From NCBI GenBank assembly GCA_018398765.1, contig JAHBMJ010000084.1:1-57465 (forward strand): a DNA stretch of 57,465 bases. The letters are read 5' to 3'. Below are positions 26,901 to 39,893 of the stretch, in pieces (position 1 is the first letter of the stretch; each line of letters starts with the position of its first letter). The notes under the pieces were generated by a model. That model saw only the letters and a program-made list of their open reading frames with translations, was not told where the DNA came from and did no database searches. Source of the DNA: Chromera velia (lineage: Eukaryota). Both the position numbers and the translations under genes were made by a program.

Positions 26901-29900
26901 ACCTCGTCGTTTTGTCCGTACAGTTGTCCCATTTTGATGGATTTGGGGTTCAGAGTCGAGATGTGCGTTTTGAATTCGCCCATCAGCCCTCTCTCTGCTA
27001 GCTCGGTTAGCGCTTTCTGCAGAATCCGAAGAGACGTCGTCTTGCCTCCGTACGGCAGTCCGACAACCATCAGTCCATGTCTGACGATAATCATTTCGTA
27101 CAGCTGGATGATCTTCGTGAGGATGTACTCGATCGGCATCTGCTGTGCCTTCTCAAGATATTTATGGACAGCGGCCAGGAGGTGTGTGTAGTCGGGAGTG
27201 GGCAACACAACACCCGGGAACAGATCCGAAGTGATCCCCGAGAAAAGAGGAAGATCGTGATCCAAAAACTTCGCCAAATTGACGTCGTTGATGGCACGGA
27301 GCATCAGAATAGATTCGTTCTCCGATGTGAACTTCCTCTTCAAGTTCCCTGCAGCTGTCAGCACTGCCTTCACGGCTCTCATACCGTAATCGTAATGATC
27401 TTGCGAAGAGAGCTGTTCCGAGCAAAGCTTGTAGGTAGAGACGATCTTCCGAGCTAAATTTCGAGCGTCGTCGAACCCGAACGAGTACAGAGAGATCTCC
27501 GAAATCATCGCGTAGTCGGGAACCATCATCGCCACAGTTCGGTAGAGGGACTTCAGGTTGTCGGGAAGCTCAGCACGTCCTGCAGAGAGGCGAAGGAGGA
27601 GGAGCAGAAAGGCACAAAGATACGTTTGTTTTGACTTTTACTTTCTTCAGTGTACTCCCTTCAGCTTTGAGGCTTGTAGGATGGGCATTCCATGAAATCA
27701 ACTCTGTTCGTATTGAGCGGGTAGAAAAATAATGGCTCATTTTTACATGGACGGACAGACAGACGGGCAAAGAAACAAACATACAGACATCCAGACAGAC
27801 CGACCGACCTGCGTATCCCGGGTTCATTGTGATGAACGAATTGCAGGTCGGGATCAGCTTCAGAGTTGTGCCTTCGAAGTCGAACACTGTCAGCTTGCGG
27901 GCAACTGCCAGCTGGATTGTCGTGACCTGCGTGTGGCACGAGAAAGGAAGGAAGAGATCAAAAGGGATGTATACAGACTTTCTGCCTGTGCGACAACTCA
28001 CGCACCGAAGAAAGAATAGAGACAACCCACAGTCAGCGGTGGTTTCTTCACTCTGCCGACTTCCTCCTCAAAGCATTTCAGAACAAGCATGTCTAAGCGC
28101 AGAAACGACAAAAGACCGCCATACCACCAGGGAAACTACCCTTCCCTTCCGGGCATTTGTTTAGAGGCGAGGTGCATGCAGTAGAACGTCTCAAACGCAC
28201 AACGAACCTGCTGTGCCACCACCGAGAGCACCTCCACGTCAATTCGGTTGAACTCATCGAAGCACGCCCACCCTCCCGACGAGGCAAGACCCTTGAAGAA
28301 TTTGCCCATCGCCCTGTAATCCAGACCGTCAGAGCAGTTGAACACGACACAAAGACGCGCGAGGGCCTTGGAAAGATCCTTCACCGTCTCCGTTTTTCCT
28401 GTTCCTGCAGGGCCTTCGGGGGCGCCTCCAAGGTTCAGGTGGATGGCGCCGCACAGAGTTCGGTAACACCTGCACAGAGATCGTGAAATGCCAGTGTGAG
28501 AATGCAGAAAGAAGTTCATCACTTAATTGAAAAGAAAAGGTCTTTCCGGAGTTTTTCAGGGTATCTGCACGACACTTACGGGGTACAAAATTTAAAATAG
28601 GCAACGCCAGGTGTACACTTGTGGTGCAAACAACAACCTCTCTTACACACAAAGACAGAGCGTAAACAGGCCTGCCCACCTGTCTGTGAGAGGCGTGATG
28701 ACCAATCTCGCTGAGTTGCCCAGATACTCATAGTTGTATGCGAGATGGGAGTTCGTAATCCTCACGAAGAGGTCCGAATCCGTCGACTCCCCCTTGCCTC
28801 CTGGCACCCCGCCCTCAAACGCCGCGACTTCCGGTGTGGAGTCTTCAATGAAGTACCGAAGCTGCACGAGCCACTCAAAGTCGTTGACGTCACTCACGCC
28901 CAGATCGGAGAGTTGACCTGCCAAGTCCTTCCCGTGCACATCCAGGACAATCAGGGCCTCCAGGGTCTTTCTGGTCAATTTGGGAATGTCGTTTCTGACC
29001 AACTCCACCAGGGCGTCCATCTGCTGCTCCAGCTTCCTGTGGTATTCTCTCAGCCCACTCGCCCCCCCCGTCTTGATGGCCTCTCCCATCTCCTCTGTCC
29101 ACATAATCTGGTCAACAGCAAGGACGGCTTGGCCGCACCAGTCCTGCATTATCCACGGAAACATACACATATACACAGATACTCTTCTTTCTTGTTCTTT
29201 TGAGTACACAGTGGCCGAGTCAGAGTCTGATTTTCCTCCGTCTGTCCAGCGCCAAGAAAAACAAAAACCACATCCTTTCTTAAGTATGAGACCCGATGCC
29301 CGTGGACGTGTGGTGTCTTTCACCCGAACAATATCACGTGAATATCGCGCTCTCCTTTTGTCGCAAGAGTCTCGTGCGTGGGCGCACTGCTCCTCTGAAG
29401 ACTTCGTTACCCCTTTCCCACGCATGGAGAAAGAAAGCACTGACCTGTACCCACTGTCCCCTTGCCTTCGTCTGATAGTCCCGGAAGGCCTCGAAGATTG
29501 TGAATTTGACGGAGGCGGTCATCGTCTTCTCAACCTCCACGAGCCATTGTTCCACGTTTCCCTGCAGAAAGAAAGAAAGCACGTGAAATCTAAAGACAGG
29601 AGCTAGGGCAAAATGGTAATTGCCGGTGCGGTGATTGTCTACTCGCTCTACGGAGGAACAGGAGGAAGACGAGCCGAGGAGAAAATGAGAGACAGAAAAC
29701 AGTAGAAGCAAACACACAAAAAACGATACACGCATCTCTCTCTCCTCCAAAGAAAAGCATGTCTACATAGGTGGGTTCATGGATAGAAAGCAAGGAGACA
29801 AAATCGCATAAACTCAGAGGACAAATCTGGACTGACTCGCGCAGCCATGGGGTCGATGATTGTCGTGAACCGCACTTTTTCTTTTTCCGAACTGATCATC

Positions 29901-30812
29901 GCGGTAATCTTCTTGTCCGGTTTGAACTCTAGTGCCTGGATACCCTCGAAGCACTTCTTCATGTGAGGTTGGACTCTGAGAGGGTCCTTTGTCTCTGAGA
30001 GAATCTCCAGAAGTTCCTCGTTGGACAGGAAGAAGAAACGAGGGAAGAGGAGACGCTTGGACTCCAAATAGTCGTTCAGACCTTTTTGGACTTCCTCTAG
30101 CTGCCCGTGGGCCTCTGATAATTTGGCTTTCATGCCCTCAGACTTTGTGACTGTCAGGACCTTCTTCTGCTCCTGCGCTGTCCTCATGATACTCTTGAAG
30201 ACCGTGTTCACCTTCTTGAACAAGGCACCCTCTGCGTAAAGAGGAAGGGAACAAAAGTGGCGTTCTATTCATTTTCTCGAAAAAAAAAAAACGGCCGGCA
30301 CAGACTTCATACGAGAAACAGATTCGAGAAAGAGAAAGGAATCGTCTCATATTATCACCTTCACATTATGCATTCCATCCTCCTCCTCTTCCTGACCTGT
30401 CGGCATCTGTTTCATGATGTCTTCAGATGAGAAGATGGGTTCCAGATACAGCCACTGGCCCTGTACCTTGATCCAGACGTCCAAAATCTCCTGGGTCTCC
30501 ATCAGCCATTTCTCCCACTCCTCTATGCCCTCAATGAAGGGCTTTGCGAAAGGAGACCCCCTCATCGTCTGGATCTTCACGATGTGGTCGTCCAGCAACG
30601 TCTGGATTTCCTCAATGCCGCCGCCTCCGAGGACGTTCACGCCTGATCGAGCCAGATGTCAGACAGCACAGAAAGTTAGACAGGTGTGTAGATATGGGGA
30701 TGCGCAATCACGCAAAGTCCAAGGAATAAAAAAACTGACGCATTGGCAGTCACAACAACATTTTTCAAAGTCAGATGAGGACGAGTAGACCTTTCCATCA
30801 GCTTGGGTCCCA

Positions 30813-30855
<43 letters not shown>

Positions 30856-33800
30856 TCCCGTTGCTGACCTGTATCTCTCCAGGCTTTGAATTCCATCTCC
30901 ATGGGCTGCCACTCTGACTGCATCTTCTTGAGGACCTTCTCGATTCCGTACTCCTTCGCGGCAGCCTCCGAGATCTCCGTGATCTTTTCGAGGTGCTTGT
31001 TCACGTCGTACTCCTGCAATCAGAATCAAGAGGAAATGCCCTTGTGTTTGTCAATCCCCACACACAAAACGCCACGCCAGAAAAGAATGAAACCACAGGG
31101 GCGACTCCTTCGGCTCACACTGGTAACGGAAGAGAGAGATAAGATTGGGTCAAAAGATGAAGTCAGGAGAGAGAGAAAAAGAATCATCTTAGCAAAAAAG
31201 AGAGACCCTTAGAGCCTCGAATATGCAACTGGGTGTGCAGACAGTCAATCAAGATAGCGAACATCCATACAAACAAAACCAGGCACAACCAAAAGGGACA
31301 AACGACTACATACGCACACGCACACCGATTGCCCAACTGACCTGCATTCTGCCCAGAGTGTTGATCGGGTCCTCGATGTTGATGTTGTACGGCACGATTT
31401 TCGCAATGTCGTCCCAGTGCCTTTCTCTCAGACCTGCAGAGACCAAAAAAGAGGTACAAGGAAGCGCTCTCCTTGCCTTTCGTCAGAAACCTTCAAAAAG
31501 CAGCCAGACTGATTCAGAGGACTTTCATGTATCCGCTGACACTTGCATACGAACAATTTTCACGACAAGCCCAAAAGAGCAATCCAGCCAACGCTTGGAA
31601 CACATCAAATAAAAGAGAGAAAGTTTGCTCACCAGGATTGCAGAGAGCGTGCATGAGTGGTAGCAGTTTTTTGAAATCGTCCATTTCTGTCCGGATATGG
31701 TCTGCCAATCTCTTGGGTTCTGGGAGACCCTCGTCCTCGAATTGTCCCGACAGTCTCTGGGCGTTCCTCCAGATAGACACGGCCTCCGAATCGACCTCGT
31801 CGGGTTTCAAATTCTGCAGAGGACCCCTCATCCAGGCCTTCATGTTCTCTGTGAACGAAGCCGCAAGCGTCCACAACTTTGCGTAGGGCTCCAGCTTCGT
31901 CTGGGCCTCTCGGAGAGGTTCGAAGTCTGTGGGCTCCCACCTGAGGGGGAAGAAAGGGAAAATTGGGAATGAAAGACAGGATGACGTCTTCTGTTGGACA
32001 CCTTTAAATTATCCATCAAAGAACACTGCATGACAACCAGAGTGGTACTTTTGCTGTGCCCCTCGTGGTTTCTTTGACTGTCTTGCTGTCGAAATGTTCG
32101 ACTGCTGTTCTGCCTGACTGGGCATCTCAACCACTATCTAGAAGGCTGACTGACAGACAGACAGACTGACCCAAGCAGTTCCTCTCTCTCGTTGAGTTTC
32201 CCTGCCTCCACACTGCACTCCTCCAACCTCTCCTGGAGCTGCCTGATATCTCGGAGGTGAACATGGAGCTCGTTGATGCTCCCGTGCTGCAGACATCACA
32301 AGAACAGTCTTCCTCCGTTCAGTAGAGCAGTGTAAGAGAGAGGCACAAAAGGAGAGAGCCTGAAGGTCTTCTCGCACGGGTAGAAGAGGGAACTAAGGAC
32401 AAGGGATAATTGAAGCTTCTTTTCAGACTACACAAAGGGAGAGGGACTTGAAGATTTGCCTGAGAGATTCTTTTTGACTAGGCACACGGTGATCATCAGA
32501 TGACACACTGACCTTTGAGAACTCCTTGACTTGGGCAACACACTGCGTGACCTGTTCCTGAAACTTCTGCCTTTGGTTGGTGAATTCTCGCTCGATTCCG
32601 TCTCTCTGCTTCTTCAGGTCGCCCTCTCTCTGAGCGACCTGAGCCGCAATCGTGCGAACGAAACCTGCACTGCTGTGGATCGCCTTGAAGTCTTCCATCT
32701 GGAGACTGTGGTCGAGGCCGAAGAGGAACTTTTGCCACTCGTACAGGTCACCGTACTCGTCTCGAAAACGGGCCTGCTCGCTTGATCTGCAAAAAGAGGG
32801 AGAAGATTGTGATAGCGTGGAAGCGACAACTTCTCGAAGCACATTGTCTTCAACTCACAACTCTTCATGGAGCGTGACAGATAAACTCTCTCACACACGC
32901 ATATTTCGGAATTGAAATACTTTGATCGCTTTTGCTCGTCCTGCAAATCGAATCATTCATGAATTCGGACTTCAGAACAAGTACCGGTCGGTTTTCTCCT
33001 TCCTTCTTCCCTTTTGAAAATGATTTCGAAGATTTGCAAGAATCCTCTGATTTAACCATCGAGAAGAAAATCTATGGAGGTATATACATTCCTGACTACT
33101 CACTTGAAAGCCTCGATGTGTCCCTCAACCTCCACGAGTTCCTGTTCGTTCCCAGGGATTTTGGACATCTTCTGTTGGAAGGACTCGAAGCTCTTCACGA
33201 GACGGGAGTGTCGTTCTCGCGCTCTCTTGGCACTCTCAGTCAACAGAAGGTCGACGCACGTCTTGGCTTTGCTCCGCAACGTGTCGTTCAGCTCTGTGCA
33301 GTTGACTGCAATCATGTTCTGCAGTGGGAGGAGGAAAGGAGAGAGTCATCACAACACTTCACAATGCATTCGGGCCTGGACTTCACTTGTCTAGAGAACA
33401 TCTTCTCTGTCTGTGGTCACAATGAAGGTAGAAGCAGTGGTTTCCCTTCTCTATTATTTTTCGTTTCCTGTCTCTGACTTGAAAAGAGAGCATTGCACCT
33501 CTCCACCTTGATTCTTTCCACTTTCCTTTCCTGCAACACGCATTCACGCACACCGAGACGCAGAGAGAGAGAGAGAGAGGTAGGCAGACAGGCAGAACAT
33601 CGAAAACCTCTCTGTCCTCACGCCCTGACTGACGAGTCTGATTTCATTCGGGCAGTTCTCCTCAATGTCCTTTTGCGTCTTCCTGTAGAATTGGACCTTC
33701 GCCAAGATCTCCTCCCGGGTCCATTCGGATCGGTCGACAAAGTTATTCTTCAACCTGCATGCGCGTCAGGTGCAACACAAAGTGCAGAAGTGAATACAAT

Positions 33801-36800
33801 TTTTATTAGAAGTGTCAAGGGCCAATGAAGGGCGAGTCGGAGTGACGTTGAGATCATCAGCATTTCTACCTGACGAACGAATCTTCATTCAAACAAACAC
33901 ACGCATCTAGCTGTTCAGAGAACAGAACCCGACCAGGACGCTCTCTCAAAGGAATGAAGGAAGAAAGAAAGGAGCAGCCTTTCCAATGATGAAACAAATC
34001 AGCGTGTTTGACCTCTTCTACAAGTCTTCTAAAAAAGCTACAACAGGAATCACGCCGCACACACAACCCACTCACTCGATTTCCTCGCTCAACAGGAATG
34101 CGTAGTCGTTGTACAGCCCGATGACCTGCACAAAGGAGAGAGAAGAGGGGAGAGAGAGGGGTGTGCGTCCAAAGAATCACAGTACTCACGGGAGATGACC
34201 CCCTTGCTCTAAATGAGTGGCAGGAAAGAAGAAAGAAAAGCTGCTCAGGAGGAAGACGCTTTCGGGAGGACAATTTTCTGAGCCTTCATACGTTTTACTT
34301 CCCTTTCTAGCCATTTCCTCCCCCCCTACCTGTGTCATGTTGGCCGCATTCCTTGCGACGATGTCTCTTACAGTCGACTGTGCCTGAAGGACCCTGTCTT
34401 CTTTCATCGAGACCTCCGCGAGGTTCTCTCCCAGTGCCAGGAGAGACGCTAGGATTCTCTGAGACTGGTGGGCGTCCCCGGCTCCTCTGACGAATAAGTT
34501 CAATGCAGAGATGTCGGGTTTCGGTGTGTTCCTGAGACTTTTGATCATATCGTCGTACACAGTCAGCAGGTTCTCCTTGAGGGCCTCTTGGGGTTTTCTG
34601 AATCGAATCTCCTCGTCCCGTGCGTAGAGGCCAACAACCAGAAAGGCGTCTTCTCTTTCATCAGAGACGGTCAGCTGAAAGAAAAAAGAAAAGAGAAGGG
34701 AAGAGCGGGGATGAGGGAGGAAATGAGATGAGAACAAATGAATGCTGGTTGGTGATTGCACCACACAAAGGAGAGAAAACTTATCAAGAAGGTGGCTCTG
34801 AGGACAAGGAAGCGAAGCTATCACTTTGGTGGAAAATCAAAATGCCTTTGAGACACTCCAAGTGCATATGGACTGCTTTCGGCACATCCAATCTCTTCAT
34901 TGTTTCTATTCTAACCCCACCAACCTTTTTCACTTCCGCTGGAGATTTCACTTTATCTTCTGGGATGTCGAATCTCGCGTAGAATTTCTCCATCGCTTCA
35001 ATCGAGGCCTCCACGCTGAACCGAAGCTGCCTGCTCAACAAAGCGCACAGGCCCCGGAAGTAGACAGCCACAGCGTCTGCGTCCACCTCCATCTGCCCAT
35101 TCTCGTTGACGTTGTTCCCGAAGATCATTCGGAATCCTTCGTGAACAATTGGGGTCACCTCCTTCTGCAGCCATCCGCCCTTCTCCTTGAACCTGTCTTG
35201 CAGAAGCCGCCTGTGCGTCTTGTTCTCCCTATCGAAAGTATCCATGTCACGGGGAAACTCACTCTTCCCGGGCAACGCACACAAACGGAGATCGCAGAAT
35301 CTGCAGAGAAACACACACAGACAAAATGTTGTTTTCTCTTTTTTCCACATCTCCTCCTTCCACCGAGAACTCCAACCCACCCCGAGAGCATCAACGGAGA
35401 ATAACCACTCACCCATGCACCCCCCTTAATTCCTTCTTTCCTTCCTGACCTCTGCAGAACCCCGTTGATCTCGACTGCCGGACTGTTCCACAATTCCATC
35501 AGTTGGAGGGAGGTCACGTTGTAGATCGCCAGGCGAGGCAGAAGGTCCTCCCTCCCCTGCTCTATAGAGTACCTCCAGGCAGCAGGGGCACCCCCAAACG
35601 TCCCCTCGATACCTGAAGAAAGACAGGGGAGAACAGAAACTTTCTTCAATCTTCAGAGGCAGGCAGGCAGTCAAGTGAAGCACAGAGAGGAAAAGAAATG
35701 TCCGAAATGTGAGAAGATAAGCAAAAACGAGTGAAAGAAGCCTATTCGGTCCACTCTTCTGCTGCATCTCTCTAATTGACCGTTCTCTGAGAAAGATTGC
35801 TAAAGAACAACTTGTGAAAAATTAAGCTACACTGTGTGCAAACAGACCATACAAGAGGTGACTGACCAACGAAGGGGATGGTTCCCCACTCTAGGAGAGG
35901 AGAGGGGACGAAAGGCACCCCCGCTCTCTCCCTCTGGAGGGGCGCCTTCAGGATGTACTCTACGACTGCCCTCCTGCCCGCCTGCATTGGACAGAAGATG
36001 CATCACACAGAATTTATTTTCACTTGATTGACTCCATTTGGATGGCCACCTTTCTGCCAGATTGAATGGTGGTGGCGAAGAGAGAGAAAGCGGAAAAAAA
36101 GGTCAAAAAGTTCCTCTGAAATGCAGGCCAAAGCTCATTGGCCTGGGGTTCCACCGGACAGTGGTAGGATGACATGAGAATAGAAGAAAGCCGACTGGAT
36201 GATCCCAGAAAGGAACAGATAGGAAAAAACCACGTCATTTTTGTATTCCTTAAGTCTAACCAACACTGAACTTCGATACAAACATTCAGATCAGTGTCTT
36301 GGGACTAATTTTGCCTCTTCTCAAAGCTTTGCTGTCTGACTGAAGTCACGCCGAAGAACCCTCATTTGCAAGAAGCAGATTGATCACACAGATAGATGGA
36401 TCCCAACCTCACGTCCGACGACTGACTTCAAAGTAGAGGTCCCTCATTTCTGCCGTCATTTCGTCCAACAGGACGTCAAGCCTGCACACACAGACGATGG
36501 GTTGAAAGGAAGAAAGGTGACAGTGGGTTAAATCTGTTTTTTGCACCTCACTACCGTGTTATGTGATATGCATATACACTGATGGATAGAAGTAAAAACG
36601 ATAGAGAGAGACCGGCCCGCAAAGAGACAGTCTGCTGAAGCTTCGTGGGTGGAAGCGAGAGAACTGCGCTTGTACCACAGGGCAGAAAGAGAAGGGCGCG
36701 AAAAGCATCGATCCGCATGGACCCCTACCCATGATGACAAAAACAAATGACCCCGTCAATCTGCCTCTGTGGTATCTTGAGAGTCATACACACCAATGGA

Positions 36801-39180
36801 GGCATCCACATGTGCACGCACAAAGCAACTTCGACATTTCACATCTCTCCCTGCTCACCTGCCCTGTGAGATCTCCCGAAATCTCTGTATTTGCAGGAGG
36901 AAGCCGACATTGTCGACCCATTGAGGATTGATCTCTGCCAGCATTTCGTCGGGGACGCCCTGCAATCAGTGAGTCAGTCAGTCAGTCAGTCAGTCACTTA
37001 GTTGGCCAGCGAGTCCGAAAAAGGGTGGGAGTGGACAGAAAGGCAAAGTGACAGTCAAGGCGGATGTGTCTCTCCGCGGTGCGTTTTGATGAAAACTGAA
37101 AGTGGTACAAGATGCGCATGCATGGCTGTGTACAGCTTGACTGACATAGTCTGTGTAGTGATGAAACCGAAAAAGCGCCTGGAAGAAATCGTTCCTGCTC
37201 ATCCCGGCAGCTTTCAATTCCTGGTCCACCGTCGATCCCTCCAGCACTCGGGGGAAGGCCGCCTCAAAGTCAACACACACCTGTGAACAAGTAGGCAGGC
37301 ACACAGGCAGACAGGTATGGAATGAGAGTAACAGACTTTCTGGTCTTTTGTGCTTCAATCTCTCAACGGTCAAACAAAAAGACAGAAGCTGAGAATGAAA
37401 ATGAATATGCAACTTTGCAAGGGGACCCAAACGCACTTGTGCGAGCATCCTCCTTTGCCATTCAAATCTGCAAGAACACTAACTGACTAACTGACCTTCA
37501 CCCTTGGAGGTTCTAAAGTTTTTCCTCCAGAAGGAGAACCCGAGGAGGAGGACGAACTTGAAGACGAAGAGGATGAGGAGCCCCCTTCCCCCGTTTCCCC
37601 CTCTCTCCTAGAATCAGATGAGCGAGTCGACCCTGCAGAAGAATCACTTCCACTCCCTCCAGGAGACTTCCCTGCATCCTTGGGCAACCCTGCACTTGCA
37701 GGACCTTGGCCTCCCCTCTCCATCTGTGTTACTAGAGAAGCAGCCAGAGGGGAATAATGGGAGGCAATGCGACTGCTGAGGGAGCCCCGGAGGGCAGCAC
37801 CACCCGCCACCATGGCCCCAGGGTCTGACGGTGCCGCGATTGAGCATCTGATTCGTGCGAAGAGGTCAATGAGGGGAGGGAACGAAGAGTCGGCAGCAGG
37901 GGAGTGAGCCACTCTCTGTACTGTCCCCGTCATCAACGCTTTACTGTCCAGAGTACCCGGTTTGGGCATTTTGAGAACTGCTCCACTACTGGAGGTCAGA
38001 ACGCGTGTGCCTTCTGTGAGTGGGACAGGTGCTGACGGCTTGGCGGCCAGCTTCATTGGGCTGGACACTTCAGGCAGGGGTAGTCCTGCCGCTCTGGCCT
38101 CTGCTCTCTTGGCCAAAAGCGATCTGACGGTTGTGGTGGGTGTAGTTTGGTGTTGTGCGACTGCAAGAGCAGATACGGAAGGGTCTTCGTTCTTCAACAC
38201 CGTTGCTGTACTGACTTGGGCCGGGATGTTTGGAACCAACTGTGCTCGAGGGGAGGTTGCGTAGACGGCTGGGTTTTTGGGATTGGACAGAAATGAAAGG
38301 GAACGACCCTCGAGGAGCAGGACTCCCAGAGGCTGTAGACTGAACGTGACGGGTTGGGGAGAAAAACCGTCGGGGCCTCCTTCTGAGGGCCGGCGTGTTT
38401 CTGCAGGCTGGAAGTGATGAGCCTGGTGTCCCCCCTGTCTCCCCATAAAGTCTCCCATCTTCGTCAGTACTGCTGTCACCATCGGTTGTACCAGCTGTTT
38501 GTCAATGGCGGCTACTTTGGCAACTACCGCCACGTTCAACCTCATACTTGGACCAGAGAGGGAGGGCCCTGAGCTCAGCACGGCATCAGGGTCATTGTGC
38601 AAGTTCCCGAGGTCTGTGCAAAGCAGAGAGCTGCCGCCATTCACAAGTCCGTACTGTGCGAGAAAGGCATCGTTAAAGGAAAGCGAGGGAAAGGCAGCAG
38701 AAGCCCCCGGACCCTCAGATAAGTCGACACTTCCAGCCTCGGATTTTTTGTTTCGGTGCCTGTTTAAAGTGCCGACGCTGATAGGCTCGTTGTGAGGCGC
38801 ACCTTTTGATGCTTTGCCGGCAACTGAGGGAGGCGAGGTGCTGCTGGCGGGCCATTTCCCACTGGCGTCTTTGCTTCTGCTTGCCAAGTGGAAGATTCCC
38901 AGTGGTGGAAGGGAAATGGCTTTGCCGAGCTCAAGATCGAAACGGATTCGTTTTGTGACGGCATCCCAAACCCTTGCGACGATTTGCTTTGCTTCGTCTT
39001 CGTTCTCAGTGACAGATTTCAAGCACTTCATACATGCAGGATCCTGTAGAATTGTTTCCATCATGTCTGGAAAATTCGAAAGGCGCGCCTGGGTCTCCCA
39101 GAGCCCTTCTGTTCGTTCAGGAACCGCCGTCATCGGTCCAGAAGGGGTTCCTTTCTTGTCTGCTTGTTGTGCTTCAGAGG
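13361..39180 (-). CDS. Axonemal single-headed inner-arm dynein heavy chain (DNAH3/7/12-like) with an N-terminal HU-CCDC81-like extension; ~50 exons
   Basis: Continuous in-frame GT-AG exon chain traced from exon ~39180-37496 to the stop at 13361. AAA1 [10 protein letters not shown] and CFDEFNR, AAA2 [11 protein letters not shown]3 [11 protein letters not shown]4 GVGGSGRQ. Linker [16 protein letters not shown], stalk/[20 protein letters not shown]-terminus [10 protein letters not shown]...[15 protein letters not shown]. The start is uncertain: ATG 39133, or small upstream exons from ~39378. Confidence 0.95.
18424..18460 (-). repeat. (GTCA)n microsatellite starting at a dynein 5' splice site
   Basis: The exon ends ...AACAGACTCA|GTCAGTCAGTCAG... 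on the minus strand. Confidence 0.85.
38285..39016 (-). other. Two tandem HU/IHF-like (HU-CCDC81 euk_1- and euk_2-like) domains in the large 5' dynein exon
   Basis: Domain 1: [37 protein letters not shown]...[15 protein letters not shown]. Domain 2: [34 protein letters not shown]...[20 protein letters not shown]. Matched by eye only. Confidence 0.65.
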
Positions 39181-39379
39181 GCTGAGAAACAAATGGATAG
39201 ACGGTGCATGTTTGGAGTGTTGCTTTCCTTTTGAAGAATCAAACGCTTCAATCGCATGGAAAGACGTCGGTTGCTGGTCTCTGCACACGTGGTCGTCGAG
39301 CTGGTCACGCCTCGAATGGAACGCCCTTGTGTCCCTCTGCTTGATGGTTGTACGTTTGGTATATAGCCTCACTTGCATG

Positions 39380-39890
39380 ACGTCCCCGTATATACGGGCA
39401 GACAAAGATGCATACATCGACGTATATATGTATATATATATATATATATACGTCGCAAAAATATATATATACATATATGGAAAAAAGTGTACGCAAAAGA
39501 CTGATACAGAGCATGCAGTCCGCGCGGGTCCGCGAACAACACCTGCATGACACTATAAAGAGACTTTTTTTTTTTTTTTGAGGTTTTCACTGCATGTTTC
39601 TGATTCACAAAATCGCGCTTTTATAAGGCCTGCCGCACGATCCGTGCATGCATGGTTCGGCGCAGCCGCGGGGCTCAGACATTGGCCATGCACGGTGTGG
39701 CATGGATCCCAGCTAGGACATCTCATGCAGTCGGACCTTGAACAAAGACCCCTCTCCTCTACCAAACCGTATGCAGTGAACACCACCAGGGCATCTCTAT
39801 CTAGACTGTGAAGAGATCCAAACTCTGGCCGCATCAGACTTCGGAGGGACGAGAGAAACTCCAGAGACGCCTTGCTCCCCCTTACTATAG
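39380..39890. promoter_or_regulatory. Short divergent intergenic region (dynein / Alb3) with TGCATG motifs and a (TA)n tract
   Basis: Head-to-head genes. TGCATGCA at 39645-39652, several other GCATG cores, and a TA tract at ~39423-39478. Confidence 0.5.
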
Positions 39891-39893
39891 AAG

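Noticed and set aside
13361..37000. Numerous plus-strand ORFs overlapping the dynein gene
   Set aside because: They are antisense shadows of dynein exons with no independent motifs.
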